A stretch of 64,000 bases of DNA, taken from contig CM041465.1 of the NCBI GenBank assembly GCA_023213395.1, positions 79,553,741 to 79,617,740 of the forward strand. Reading direction: 5' to 3'. The stretch is from Cycas panzhihuaensis. Its lineage: Eukaryota > Plantae > Cycadophyta. Under the pieces are notes generated by a model. The model had not been told where the DNA came from and did no database searches. It was given only the letters and a program-made list of their open reading frames with translations. Below, piece after piece: positions 41,267 through 53,396 of this stretch; position 1 is the stretch's first letter; every line of letters begins with the position of its first letter. A program made the position numbers and the translations under genes.

Positions 41267-44200
41267 TGTTGGAAAATAGAACCTGCAATAAGATATTGAC
41301 AAACAAAATAGAACACCACACAGGATCAAACGGTACCCTTAAGGTACCTCAAATTGTATTAACAAAACATCCTTACAACATCATTCAATATGATATACTA
41401 TGTTGTGTATTTATAATACATGTCAATATAGTGAGAGTGGAACCCACTTGCATGTGGGACAAAACAAATGTGCATTAATATTCCAACACTCCCCTTTAAA
41501 GCACATTTGGATCATTTGTACTTGTAACACCTTGTCCTTGGAAGTGTCTCAAAAACGATGTCTTCAACTTGATCCTTGTCTTCAAACTTGTAGTGATGTC
41601 TTTGCTGTAGAATGATGTATTCATCTTGATTTGCGTCTTCAATTATGTACTGATGTCTTTGTAGGATGATGTCCTCAACTTGATTTCTGTCTTCAATCCT
41701 ATAGTGATGATGTTGATGTAGCAGCTCTAGCAAGTGCAAATCATGATTCTTCATTGTGCCTGGTCTAGTTTGATTTTGATGTAGATCCTGTAAACAACCA
41801 TCTTCAATCACAACTTGCATGTCATCATTATCCTGTATAAACTCTTGATCACCATGTACAATAATGATTTCTTCACTCTTTGGAGAAGAATCTTGATCAA
41901 CTAGCATACTCTTTGAACTTGAATCAATGCTTAAAGAAGGAACATCATCAATATAAGACTCATCATTTATAGGATCATTAGATTCAATTTCTCTTGAAAT
42001 CAATTCATCACTTTCAATGTCTTCATCTGTAATCTCATCAATGATTTCAACAGTAGAAGTTTCGTCAATACTCAAACATTCTTCATCTTGACATGTTGTT
42101 TCATCAGTGTTGATGATACTTTCTTCATTCGTTGTACCTGTACCATAACTAGCCTTAATTGCTTTTTCAATCATTTGTTGTGTTTCTTCAGGAGTTTGTT
42201 CAAATACTTCCCTTAGAAAATCCCAAGCTTCTTTAGCATTACTTGCATGTAGAATCATAGGAATGACAAAATGGAATCTGGAAGGAAGATCAACCTCATT
42301 GAATGTAGCACAAATCATAATGAATGCTTTTCTATCTTTCTTCTCAAACATTTCCTTTTCTTCTTCATCCTTAGGGATATCATATTCATCAGTAACAATC
42401 TTCCACAAACCTCTAGCTATGAATAAACATCTCATTTTAATTGTCCAAAATAAGTAATCTTCACCATTACACTTAGGTACTAGAAGAAATGAATCCCTTA
42501 AGTAATATTCATTTGTTTCAGGAGCATATATAACCACATCATTATCCTCCATGATTGTAAATGCCATTTTCTAAGACTACGTCCCTTTTTCAATCAATAA
42601 ATTCACTCATCAATCTCAACAAACTTTCTCATGTCTCATGTCCTTCATATCATTGACTTCACCGTTACATCATTGCCTTATGCATCTCACATATTGCCAA
42701 ATAGTCACATGGAAAGAAACACTTATTTCACTATAGAATCAAAGCTTATACCACATACATTTCACAAAAATCATGCATACGCACTTCACTTAATTGCTCA
42801 ACACAACTCATGCCACTACATTTGTACTTTAGGTAACTTCAACAGAAAAACTCATCCTTCTTTGCATTCAGTCAATTGACAAAGCAACTCTAATTTCGTC
42901 CTTAACATGCTCAACAAAGTGTCCAAACTTGTCAAAGATTCACAATTGCCTTATTTGACCACACATCCTTTATCACCAACAATGGATCACAAGCATATAC
43001 TCATCTCATATAGTCATCTCATATCTCATGTAAATCACTATGCCAATGTCAATTGTCACCATTTTGTTGCCAATTAAAAGTGAAAAATAAACATTCATAT
43101 TAAAACACTTTTCAATGTCTCCATATGCACGTCTTTGAAACTCTAGGACATGCCATACACTTCCTTACTCAAGAAATAGCAAAGGATACATGTCCACTTA
43201 ACATATTAAATCACCTTTTCTGAATTCAACTGCCCAGCATGGACCCCAATCCAATCTTTGGTTGTTGGGACTTATTTTGCAGTATATTTATTTCATTTTA
43301 GAACTTTGCCAAGTACTTAAAGAGATGTGCAGATTAGTCAAACTTTATTGAATTCAATCCCAAATATAAAGCAATAAAAACAGCCATAGTCGCCTACCTT
43401 ATTGGTCTCGCTAATGAGTAAAATTGTTGAATGATCAATGTGAGGAGATATTATGTTTGGTGCAGGGCTTGTTGTAAAACTAGCATTTCAATGTGAATCC
43501 GAAGAGAGATGGCAATAATCCCCATCACTGTTGATTTGTGCATCATGTCCGTGAGCATGAAACAACTCTCAAGCTCCCACAACCTTGATCTTTATTCACA
43601 GTTTCAGTGGCATTGTTTCAAATTATATTCCTCCCTTTATTACAGTGAATCTGTCACTCCTAATAGATACCAAATTGTTTGCTTAAGCAAATGACCTTTG
43701 AGATGAGACCTGAACATCATCGTCATCGTCTACAAGCACGATGGGGTATCTGGCACATTGTTTCCCCTATTCCGCAACTCTGACTGCCACAATCTCAGTT
43801 CCAAATCCTGAGTGCGCTTCCAAATTGACCTAAGCCCATTCATATTTGACCGCCCCTTCACAGGAATTGACAGATGGATGGATATCTGACCTCAGCAATT
43901 CCTTTAAAATTTGGCATTGCAATAACAAAATTTCTCAAATCCCAGGGTTTAAGAAGGTAACGCCGATGACATTTCCTCCCTCATTGATTTCCTAAATGAT
44001 CAAAAATGCTCATCTCTTTATCATGTGGAAGATCTTCTTTGCTAGGATATAGCCATTTGGACAAAGAATTTTTTGATATTCTTCTGAATTTTGTAGATTT
44101 TCTTCCTACAAACCTTCTAATAGCTTCCCAGGCCTTTCCTCTAGGGCCGATCTAGTGCCACTAAATGATGAATCACCGCTGTCATCTACCAAGCAACGTG

Positions 44201-45848
44201 GCAATTGTAGAACACGCCACGGGGATTCATCGCCATGGATAACTAAACCATCAAATTTTCTAAAAGCGTTTCGATTTCCATAGAAGTAGTTTTGGATATG
44301 TGAAGCGATTGGAACGTCTCTTGCTTTCGTAGCGAACAAAGATGTTCGCGGGCGATGATGAGATTATATGGGCGAAAAAATATTTTCATAGCCAATAACA
44401 ACTTAGGGCAAAAATAAATGAATGGTGAGCAACAGTTGCAAAGAAATCACGCACAGCAGCACATCTTTTCTATCACCATTTCTGAAGTAGCAGCACCATG
44501 GTTCTCTTTGTGAGGCGGATATTAAAAATGGCGTCAGTTAGTAGTTTCAACTGATTCATTAAAGTATTCGCCACTACCAGCTTTCTGTCATTGCTTTGGA
44601 ATACTAACAGACCACGAACAACGGCCCTGAGCAGCCATGTACGCTATTGTTCCTCAAATTTTTGTAAGTCCTCCAATATTTTGTTATGACAGACTATCGG
44701 TGTGAAAAACTTCGTGAGTGAATATGTTTTGCAGGGAAGCTCATAGATTGCGTAGAGTTTTGGGGCCTGTTGAGATTCAAGATTGAAGTGTTCACGGAGG
44801 AGATCTAGACGTTCTGGTAGGGTGTTGCCTTTGTATTTACTGATCTTTACGAGGGGATGAGTTTTAACAGAGATAGCGATGGCACGAGGGGTTAGAAATA
44901 TCGGATATAGGGTTTCTTCAAGCCTAATACCAGGTTTAAATGCGAAAAATCCTTAGGAAACTGCCAGCTGAGTGTGGGTATGAACAAGAGTACAAGAACA
45001 ATTAGAATATATATTGAACGACCGACAATTGATTTATATATATATAAATCGGCGACTGCGTATATATAACGACAAGTTTATAGAAATGCTATATATTGGT
45101 GGAATAATGTTAAAATAATATCAACAGTGACAAAAGTATAAATGGTTGACCAGACAGAACATATATACGTCTAGTTAAAATCCGCAGACTTGCAATGCAT
45201 AGAACGGTGATGAGTTACAGTCGCGCAGGGATAGAAAGAATCATGGCGAATCACAAATATAAATCAAGTGGAGATATAAAAACCTATGATTGAATACATC
45301 ATCATGGACAACCAATAACACAACGCAGATAGCAGCATAAAATGACACAGATATATAACGATTGAACAAGAAACAAACAGGGCGATAATGATTAACACAT
45401 AGTATTCATATGGGTATGGGCGGTAATACCTTGAAAATATCGTTGAATTAATGTCGTATTATAAACTTACAGCTCTGCACATATATGGCATCTCTCCACA
45501 AATGGGAATTAGGGTTTTATCAACCTCACTCAACCAGGCATCACCTCGCTTAATCGCTTAACCTTGCTTCACCTCATTCAAGTTCACTTCAACCTTGCTC
45601 CCTTGTTCAACTTGGCTCTGATACCATGCTAGAAAATAGAACTTGCAATAAGATATTGACAAACAAAATAGAACACCACACAGGATCAAACGGTACCCTT
45701 AAAGTACCTCAAATTGTATTAACAAAACATCCTTACAACATCATTCAATATGATATACTATGTTGTGTATTTATAATACATGTCAATATAGTGAGAGTGG
45801 AAGCCACTTGCATGTGGGACAAAACAAATGTGCATTAATATTCCAACA
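41267..45848 (-). mobile_element. Young non-autonomous copia-type LTR element with Gag-derived ORF only (TR-GAG-like)
   Basis: Two 222-bp LTRs (41267-41488, 45627-45848; 5 differences), PBS rc gctctgatacca 45615-45626 and PPT ctccccttt at 41489. No pol motifs were seen. Confidence 0.93.
41512..42567 (-). CDS. 351-aa intact ORF: copia Gag N-terminal domain (DUF4219/UBN2-like), acidic linker, three His-rich repeats
   Basis: PKCNGEDYLFWTIKMRCLFIARGLWKIV...KDRKAFIMI...AKEAWDFLREVF matches the copia Gag N-terminus. It is the longest ORF in the window and ends ~14 nt before the PPT. Confidence 0.85.
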   Translation of the reverse strand: MAFTIMEDNDVVIYAPETNEYYLRDSFLLVPKCNGEDYLFWTIKMRCLFIARGLWKIVTDEYDIPKDEEEKEMFEKKDRKAFIMICATFNEVDLPSRFHFVIPMILHASNAKEAWDFLREVFEQTPEETQQMIEKAIKASYGTGTTNEESIINTDETTCQDEECLSIDETSTVEIIDEITDEDIESDELISREIESNDPINDESYIDDVPSLSIDSSSKSMLVDQDSSPKSEEIIIVHGDQEFIQDNDDMQVVIEDGCLQDLHQNQTRPGTMKNHDLHLLELLHQHHHYRIEDRNQVEDIILQRHQYIIEDANQDEYIILQQRHHYKFEDKDQVEDIVFETLPRTRCYKYK

Positions 45849-46365
45849 AAAAGTGAGAAGAACATGTAAACTATATAGACCACGTGTTAAGCATTCTAAA
45901 GGAGAAAAAGTTCTTGCAAATAAATCAAAGTGTTACTTTGACAAAAAGGAAATAAAATATTTAGTACATCTTATCTCAAAAGGAGGGATAAAAATGGATC
46001 TAGAAAAGGTCAAGGCCAATCAAGAATGGTCCACACCTAAAAATATCACTAAACTCTGAGGTTTCTTAGGATTAATAAGATATTATTGATGTTTTATTAA
46101 AATTGTGCAAAAAATTGCCACCCTAACCCGCCCATTGAAAAAGGATTCCTTCCAATGGAATGAAGAAGCAACAACATGTTTTGAATAGATCAAATTGATT
46201 ATGACCTATCTTCTGGTTCTAACTTCACCAAACTTCTCTGGAATTTTCGCAATAGAATGTGATGCTTCAAGGATAGGGATTGGTTTAGTATTAATGTAGG
46301 AAGTAAAGCCCATTGCATTTGAAAGTAGAAAATTAAACAATAGAGACCAACTCAAGCCTACTTAT
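45849..46365 (+). repeat. 517-bp direct duplication, right copy
   Basis: Begins immediately after the LTR terminal CA. The host frame continues PTYDKEMLA. Confidence 0.95.
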
Positions 46366-48344
46366 GACAAAGAAATGTTGGCTATTATGCACGGCCTAGT
46401 TAAATAGCGTCAGTATCTGTTAGGTAGTAAATTTGTAGTAAAAGCATATCATAATAGTCTACAATACCTCCTGAAACAAAAAGAGTTATCTCTAGAACAA
46501 CAAAAGTGGGTGAGCAAAATACAAGCCTTTAATTGACATAATATATAAAAAAAAAACAAATTTAATGTGGTGGTTGATGCCTTATCCTTTTAAAATGAAG
46601 AACCCCAATAAATTATGGAATACCCATTGAAAGCAGTTTCAATGATAGAACCATTATGGATAACAAAAATATAATCAAAATATACTAAGGATCTCAATCT
46701 ATAACAATTAATTCAAAAAATTCAACAAGGAAATGATGATAAATTTGAATGGAAAAATAATATCCTATGGTATACAGGATGAATATTCCTATGGGCAAAT
46801 TTGTCATTCCATACTAAAGTATTAGGAGAAGCACACACAGTATCATCAATAAGACATGAGGGATTCTTCAAATGTATCTTAGAGGCAAACAATCATTCTT
46901 TTGGAAGGGAATGAAAAAAGAGAATAAGGAGTTTGTAGTTGAAATTCAATCTTCCAAGAAAATAAATATGAGTGCAAAGTTGTACCAGGATTATTATAGC
47001 CCTTGCCTATTCCACAACAGCAATGAGAAAGTATTAGCATGGATTTTATTACAGGACTTCCTAAATCAGAAGGGAAAGACACTATATATGTGGGGGTAGG
47101 TCACCTAACAAAATTCTCTCACTTCATACCCATCTAATCTACTTACAAAGCTCCTCAATTAGCAAATGTATTTATCAAAGAGATACGTAAACTACACGGC
47201 TTCCCTCAAACCATTATTAGTAATAGGGATCCAAAAATTTTGAGCCACTTCTAGCAAGAGATGTTTAGACAAGTTGGCACAAAATTAGAAATAAGCACTA
47301 GTTACCATCTGCAAACAAATGGTCAAACAGAGGCAGTTAACAAGTGTTTGGAAAACTACTTATGAAACTATGTGACTGACAAATAGAATTTATGGGTTAA
47401 ATGGATACACTTAGCCAAAGCTTGGTATAATTCTTCTTATCATTCATCCATTAAAATGACCCCATTCCAAACATTATATGGCTATCAACCAACCCAACTA
47501 AAAGATTGGTTAATCAAGCATAGTAAAGTACCAACAATAAATAACTACCTTCAAGAAACATAGGAAATAATTCAAATATTAAAAGAGCATCTAGAAGAGG
47601 CCAAGAATCAGATGAAACAACAAACCAACAAACATCATGTTGAAAGAGAACTAGAGATAGGAGATTAGATTTATGTAAGACTACAACCATATAAACAAGC
47701 ATCCTTAAAAGATTCTCAAAAGGAAAATGTATCTAGTTAAACAAAAGATTGGGGAAGTTCTTTATGCCTTAAACTTCCTACTTCTAAACTACACAATGTG
47801 TTTCATGTACCATGCTTAAATAAAAAAATAGGAATCCATATTCCCATGCAGACAAAGATACCCCTCTTGGACGATGAAGGAAAAATGATTCTTATATCAA
47901 AGGCCATCGTTGATATTCAAGAAAAATGACTACAATCAAAGACTATTCAAGAATACTTGATTAGGTGGAAACAATTATCTATTAAAGACGCTACCTGGAA
48001 ATCTACCGATTTTGTCAATCGATATCAAGAGTTGTAAAATAAAAGTTTCATGGGTGAAGCATCTTAGTGAGAGGACTTGTTACGAACCCCCCTAAAATCT
48101 AATTAATACAATTAATATTGAAAAAGGTATGATTGAAAGGCCACAACCTTTCGAATAAGCATCATACCACCTAAAAAATATGAATCCTAATGTAAACAAT
48201 CATCATTCATTTTTTATCAATCAAATATCTCTGGTCTTTTGGCTATCAAATCTCTTCAAGTGCTCTTATGTGCTTGTGTATTTTCTTTTAGACTTGGCAT
48301 TTGTCCTCACGTTACGAACTCAGTTCATAACAAGTGGAGACTAC

Positions 48345-51007
48345 AACTGCAGTTTCAAAAGGTGCATTCTTCTTTGGAATATAAACCCGCTTACCTTTAG
48401 ATTTTGATGCCAATGCTCTAGGAGATTCACTACACAAATGTTTAAATTTCTGCTCATGTTCCATAAGTAGCGATTCCAAAGATCCAACTGTTAGAGTGGA
48501 CAATTTGTTAGATAGAGTCAAATGTAGTTGTGAAGTTCCATATGGGAGGGGTAGACTCCTTAGAACACAAACTATTATTTCTGAATCAAGAATGATCTCC
48601 CCAGTTGTTAACAATTGATCCTGAATTGATTTGACACCTTTCATGAGGTCCACTATGTTTCCAATCATCTTTAGTGTGTACAACTAACTCCACAGGTTTA
48701 AGGCTCTCATGTCATCCTTGTGTTTAAAATGGTTCATGACCATGTACCACATATGCCTTAGTGTAGTAGTGTCCCTAATGTTCAAAATGATGTTGCCACT
48801 TATAGACAGGCTGAAAAATCTGAATGTTATCCTCATCTTTGACTGATACTCAACATTGAAGTCAACATCTGTCTTTACCTTATTTTAGAAGTCAATGGTC
48901 TCATTAGGATCCTTTCCCATTCCAAAATTATCTACATACTTCTATAGATCATTCAAAGGAAAAAAATTTTACAGTTGATGTTTCTAGACTATATAATTTT
49001 TAGGACTAGTTATTTTTTCTCTGACTGTTCCCATTATGTTTTCTCTAGAAGCCATTTTAAGCAAAAAAAAAGATAAAATTTATTAAAAAACAACAAAACA
49101 AGTACAAGAATTAAAGAATAAAGCTGTAAATAATGTTAGTCTACATGCAAGTAACTAGTATAATTATTTTTACCACCTTGGTCTACTTGTAGATAGCTGG
49201 AATATGCTAGAAAACACCAAAAAATGATTTTTCGCCAAGATTTTGTGCTAAATTGTTGTATATGACTACTACCAAATCATAGATCTCGCAAAATCATGCG
49301 TTGTGGTACATTTATTTTCCAAAATTGACTCTGGATGATCTAGAAATGGCTCTAGCTCCCAAAACACCATGTGACCAAGGGCTAACAGGTAGGGTGCTTT
49401 GCATCGAACTTCAAATTAAAACCAAATTTAATTTAATATCAATTAAACTTTAGAAAACATTAAATATATTTGTATTGACTTCAAAAGCTCAAAGTTTTCT
49501 CTAACTCAAGTTCTAATAGGATGTCTGAGATCTTCTAAGATGGGAACCTATGCTAGATTCAAATTCTGTAGCCAAAGGATCGAGTTTTTCATGTCTCAAG
49601 TTGCTTGTTTTCATGCAAGTCATGCGGTTATGAAAAATATGAAGAAATTTGATTTATTTGTGAAGTTTGCAAACTTTATATTATGTCTTTTGGGATATTC
49701 ACCAAGAATATACCCATTTTAATAATCCTTCACTTTGTAAAGTTTGTAAAATAAATCTTTTTAATGTATATTTCATCAATATTTTTTAGTATTTTGTCAT
49801 TTGATCATCTTTCAACATATTTTCACTTTGATCATTTCAGATATTCAATACTCTTTTCTTCGAGATGTTCTTAGTCACTTCAATAAAGGATATCCAACCC
49901 TCTTTGGTGCCCAATCCTTTTAACAAAGATCCTTCAATTTTTTTTTTGCTGCCCATTCAATCACTATAGTTAGTGTTTAATAGAGATTTAATACTTGATC
50001 TTTTAGCTTTAGTAGCCTGCCCATAGCTTGCATGTAGGTGCACTCTATTTGGGTTTGTTTGCATGTGATTTTCTAAGCTTGCATGTCATTGATCTTGTAA
50101 AAGGTGTCTATCTACCTGTGTATGTCGCCAATTTAACATGCATGTCTTTGTTTATGCTTGCATGTTTGTGTTCAAGCCCTACATGTCACTGTTAAACAGT
50201 GTATAATCTACTTAATAAATTGAACATAAATTGGAGCTTAAAAAACACTCAATATATCTACGTGTTAGCGATTAATAAATACATTCAAGATAATAAAAAG
50301 AAAACTTCATATAATAAACATTGCATAGTTCAGTGTAGAATAAAAAAAGATGTAATGAAACATACTGAACAGATACCTTCAACCTGAACAGATATCTTCA
50401 ACCTGTGAAAAATTATACCATTGAATTTTTATCAAACAAGCATATATAGCTTGTTAGTAGCTACGCCCCCTTGAAAAAAATTACTAGTTTTGTCTGCTAC
50501 ACAGTACTCATACGACTGTGTTTGAAAATAGTTATTATAAGGGAGTGCCTCTGCATGAACACCTACAACTTGCAACATTCAACATTCTGTAAAACCTGCT
50601 AAAAAGGTGAATTATTCAACTTCATAAATAGTAATACAATATGTAATAGCACTAAAATCTAGCTTTGATAGCATGTAAGCTATTAAACATTAAATCTAAC
50701 AGGAATGGAGATCTAATTTTATAGGATTCATTATTAATTTAACATGAAAATTACATTCACATTAATGATACAATCTCAAAGTAAAATCATTTCTCATTAA
50801 CTTCAATTGTGCACTGTATGTGCATAAATACAAATTCTAAAAAAAATCTAATCCATAACTATGTGACACGTGATGTGAGAGTTATAACCCCAAATGATTC
50901 ATCATTCACAAATCAATTAAATAATCTTAAGATCTAATATTTTATAAAATATTAAGAGGAGACTCATAACCTAAGTTATAAGCTATGAATAAACATTAAT
51001 ATCAACA
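48345..51007 (-). mobile_element. Second copy of copia C family: LTR 50674-51007, PBS, long leader, gag only (pol deleted)
   Basis: Aligns with 33540-36677. PBS rc gctttgatagca 50662-50673. Gag ORF piece 48312-48683 parallels 33621-33806. It lacks the ~560-bp leader block present at ~34640-35200. Confidence 0.9.
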
Positions 51008-52433
51008 AGACCACCCACCAAGACTTGATGGCATTAATGATAGCAACTAACTCACCAACGGATCAGGATTTAATTAGAAAAGGAGGAGAAAAAGGCATCT
51101 TCTTCCACACTTTTGTATGACCATCCTTTAGGAGAAAAAAATTCTAGAGAGTGGCAAAAAGAGGAAGGTTGAATAGAGGAGGTCAGAGCAAAAGAGTGAC
51201 CAAAGACCATTTGGGAGGCTAAGACTGGATCTTTGAGTCCATTGTTTGTAGCAATGATTAAGGGGCATTATTTGGATTTCTCAGTGGAGCTTTTATAAGA
51301 TTTTCATAATTGAATCTCATAAAAACTTGCTTAAGTATGTCAAGCATGATCATACCCCAAGGTGAAATTCTAGAATAGACAAATCAACTCACGTTGGAAT
51401 CTCTGAGAGTTATCTCAATCCAGTGTAAGGGATAAGTTTGGTGGGTGGCATGAATGTATGTGTATATTATTGTGTCAATCTCATTGGACTACTTTGATGG
51501 TGCTAAATTTTAGTTGGCTTATGGGATTTAGGTTGACCAACTCCCCACTTCCTAAGAGTTGAACGAGTCCCCTCTATGATTATGAAAAGAATTTGGGTTG
51601 AGTGATATACCTTTCCTATGAGGGTTCTTTGAGGGTTGAGCAAGTCACCTCCTTGTTACTGTTCTTGTGTGCATGAGGAATCCCTATAGGGTGTGGATTC
51701 ACAGCCTCATCATGGGTGAGTGCTAGTGTGGTATGAAACAAACAATCTCACTATGGTGAGAGCTAGTGAAGATACATGCAAAGTTATCAGTCATGCGATG
51801 CATGGTATAGGACACATGGGTCATAGAGAGAGAGAGTCCAAAGAGATTAATTCAATGGTGAACCATATGTGATATGGCATTTCCAAATTATGTGGTGTAA
51901 ATTGAGTGCAGTGAACATGCTCAAATATGTTTTAGCAATAATTATTTGCAGATTTGTGTTCAAAGAAGTCATTTGGGTACATTGTGGGGTGGAGAGTAGA
52001 GTGATATACTAGTACTCTAACATTCATATCATATGCTCCAATTCAAGAGTGTTTTCCTTCTCAGGAATTCGATTGGTTGGGTGGTGAATCTATTCAAGTA
52101 ATCTAGTTGGCCCTTTCTACAATCAAGTTGTATGATTGATGACCTAATAATAAACTATTTTGCTTTGTCACTTATCCCCTCTCTTGAAATACTACTAATG
52201 GGAACACTTTTTGGGTGTATTTGAGAGACACCCCTATCCTCTTAAACTAGTTGCATCTTTTGGGCATATGTTTTCTACTGTACACACATGCTAAACTTTA
52301 TTTTAAGCTTTTACAATTCAAATAGTGTAGTTGGTGTTGGCTTACTTTTAGTAGACTTAGGAGAGCTACAACTATGTGGAGTCAAAACTAACCCTAGGTA
52401 GAGGGTGTGGCTGTGACAGGGTGGTATCAAAAC
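51008..52433 (+). mobile_element. LTR remnant ending at 52418, followed by an iMet PBS
   Basis: ...ctgtgaca ggg tggtatcaaaac (52422-52433). The left boundary is unknown. Confidence 0.5.
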
Positions 52434-53089
52434 TTCAAGGTGGAATCCTACAAAGAACTTGATAAAACTTCAAAGTAAGAGCTTGTATAATCATATAACG
52501 AACCTACTAGAACATCAAGTTGAACTCTAGTACATTGGTGGAATGTTAACCAACCTTGGAAAGATCACATTTAGATTAATGGGAGATGCCATTGAGGATG
52601 GGAAGAATGTTGTATAGGGATAACACCTGAAGGGCACAAGATATTTCCCTTCAATATCACATGGCTAGAATATTTCCCTTCAAACCATATAACGATCTCT
52701 CATTTATATATTATTCATTTGCAGAAGATGTATTTATATATTGAACTTTGGCAACTAATTCCAATAGACTAACTTCCAAGAATCTTGGCAAGTTGTCCTA
52801 ACACTAGCACGTAACTAATCACTATGAGTCTTGGTCACATGTGATGCTTTTGGACATGACTTACTTTGATAATCGAGTTACCTTAAAGTTATCACACATA
52901 ACATGGCATAAGAGTTAGATGGGCATTCTTCCCATACTAACTAAAGCCAAATTTCCATAGGATGATTATCACAATATCGTCATTGAAATGCACATAAATT
53001 TTACCAATCAATACATGAAAGCACAAATGGGAAGAAGACAAAGGTGTGAAAAGTAGGATGATGAGGCACCAAACTGGGCCTCATCAAAT

Positions 53090-53396
53090 CCGATGACCTA
53101 TAGTAAAGTCCATATCCAATTATGCCACTAAGATGTTCAAGAATACTTTTGGCTACTTGCCAATTTTTCATCTTAGGCTCATGCATGAATCTGGAAACTA
53201 CACTCACTATGTACATGATATTTGGTTGAGTTGAAATCAAATATGTAAGGGTCCCAATAAACTATTTGTATAGAGTAGGGTCAACTAATTCAAACTCCTC
53301 ATATTTATAGGCAACTTAAATCCAACTTCTATTGGTATTGCAACTATCCATATTAAACTTGTTCAAATGTCTAATGTGTACTTCCTTCGTGATACC
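53090..53396 (-). pseudogene. Copia RT fragment
   Basis: TQPNIMYIVSVVSRFMHEPK..WQVAKSILEHLSG..GYGLYY. Confidence 0.85.

Larger units (their letters stand above)
36678..48332 (+). mobile_element. Chromovirus (short-LTR, Reina-like) full structure, degenerate, inserted in a copia LTR
   Basis: LTRs 36678-36948 and 48078-48332; PBS tggtatcagagc 36951-36962. Gag ORF 38901-39299, PR 39501-40202, RT/RH 40300-46600 (interrupted), INT, chromodomain EYLIRWKQLSIKDATW ~47950-48000, PPT gtgagaggact. Confidence 0.93.

Noticed and set aside
41266-41478. Near-identical 70-aa ORFs at 41266 and 45626
   Set aside because: They are simply the two LTR copies; there is no sign of coding function.
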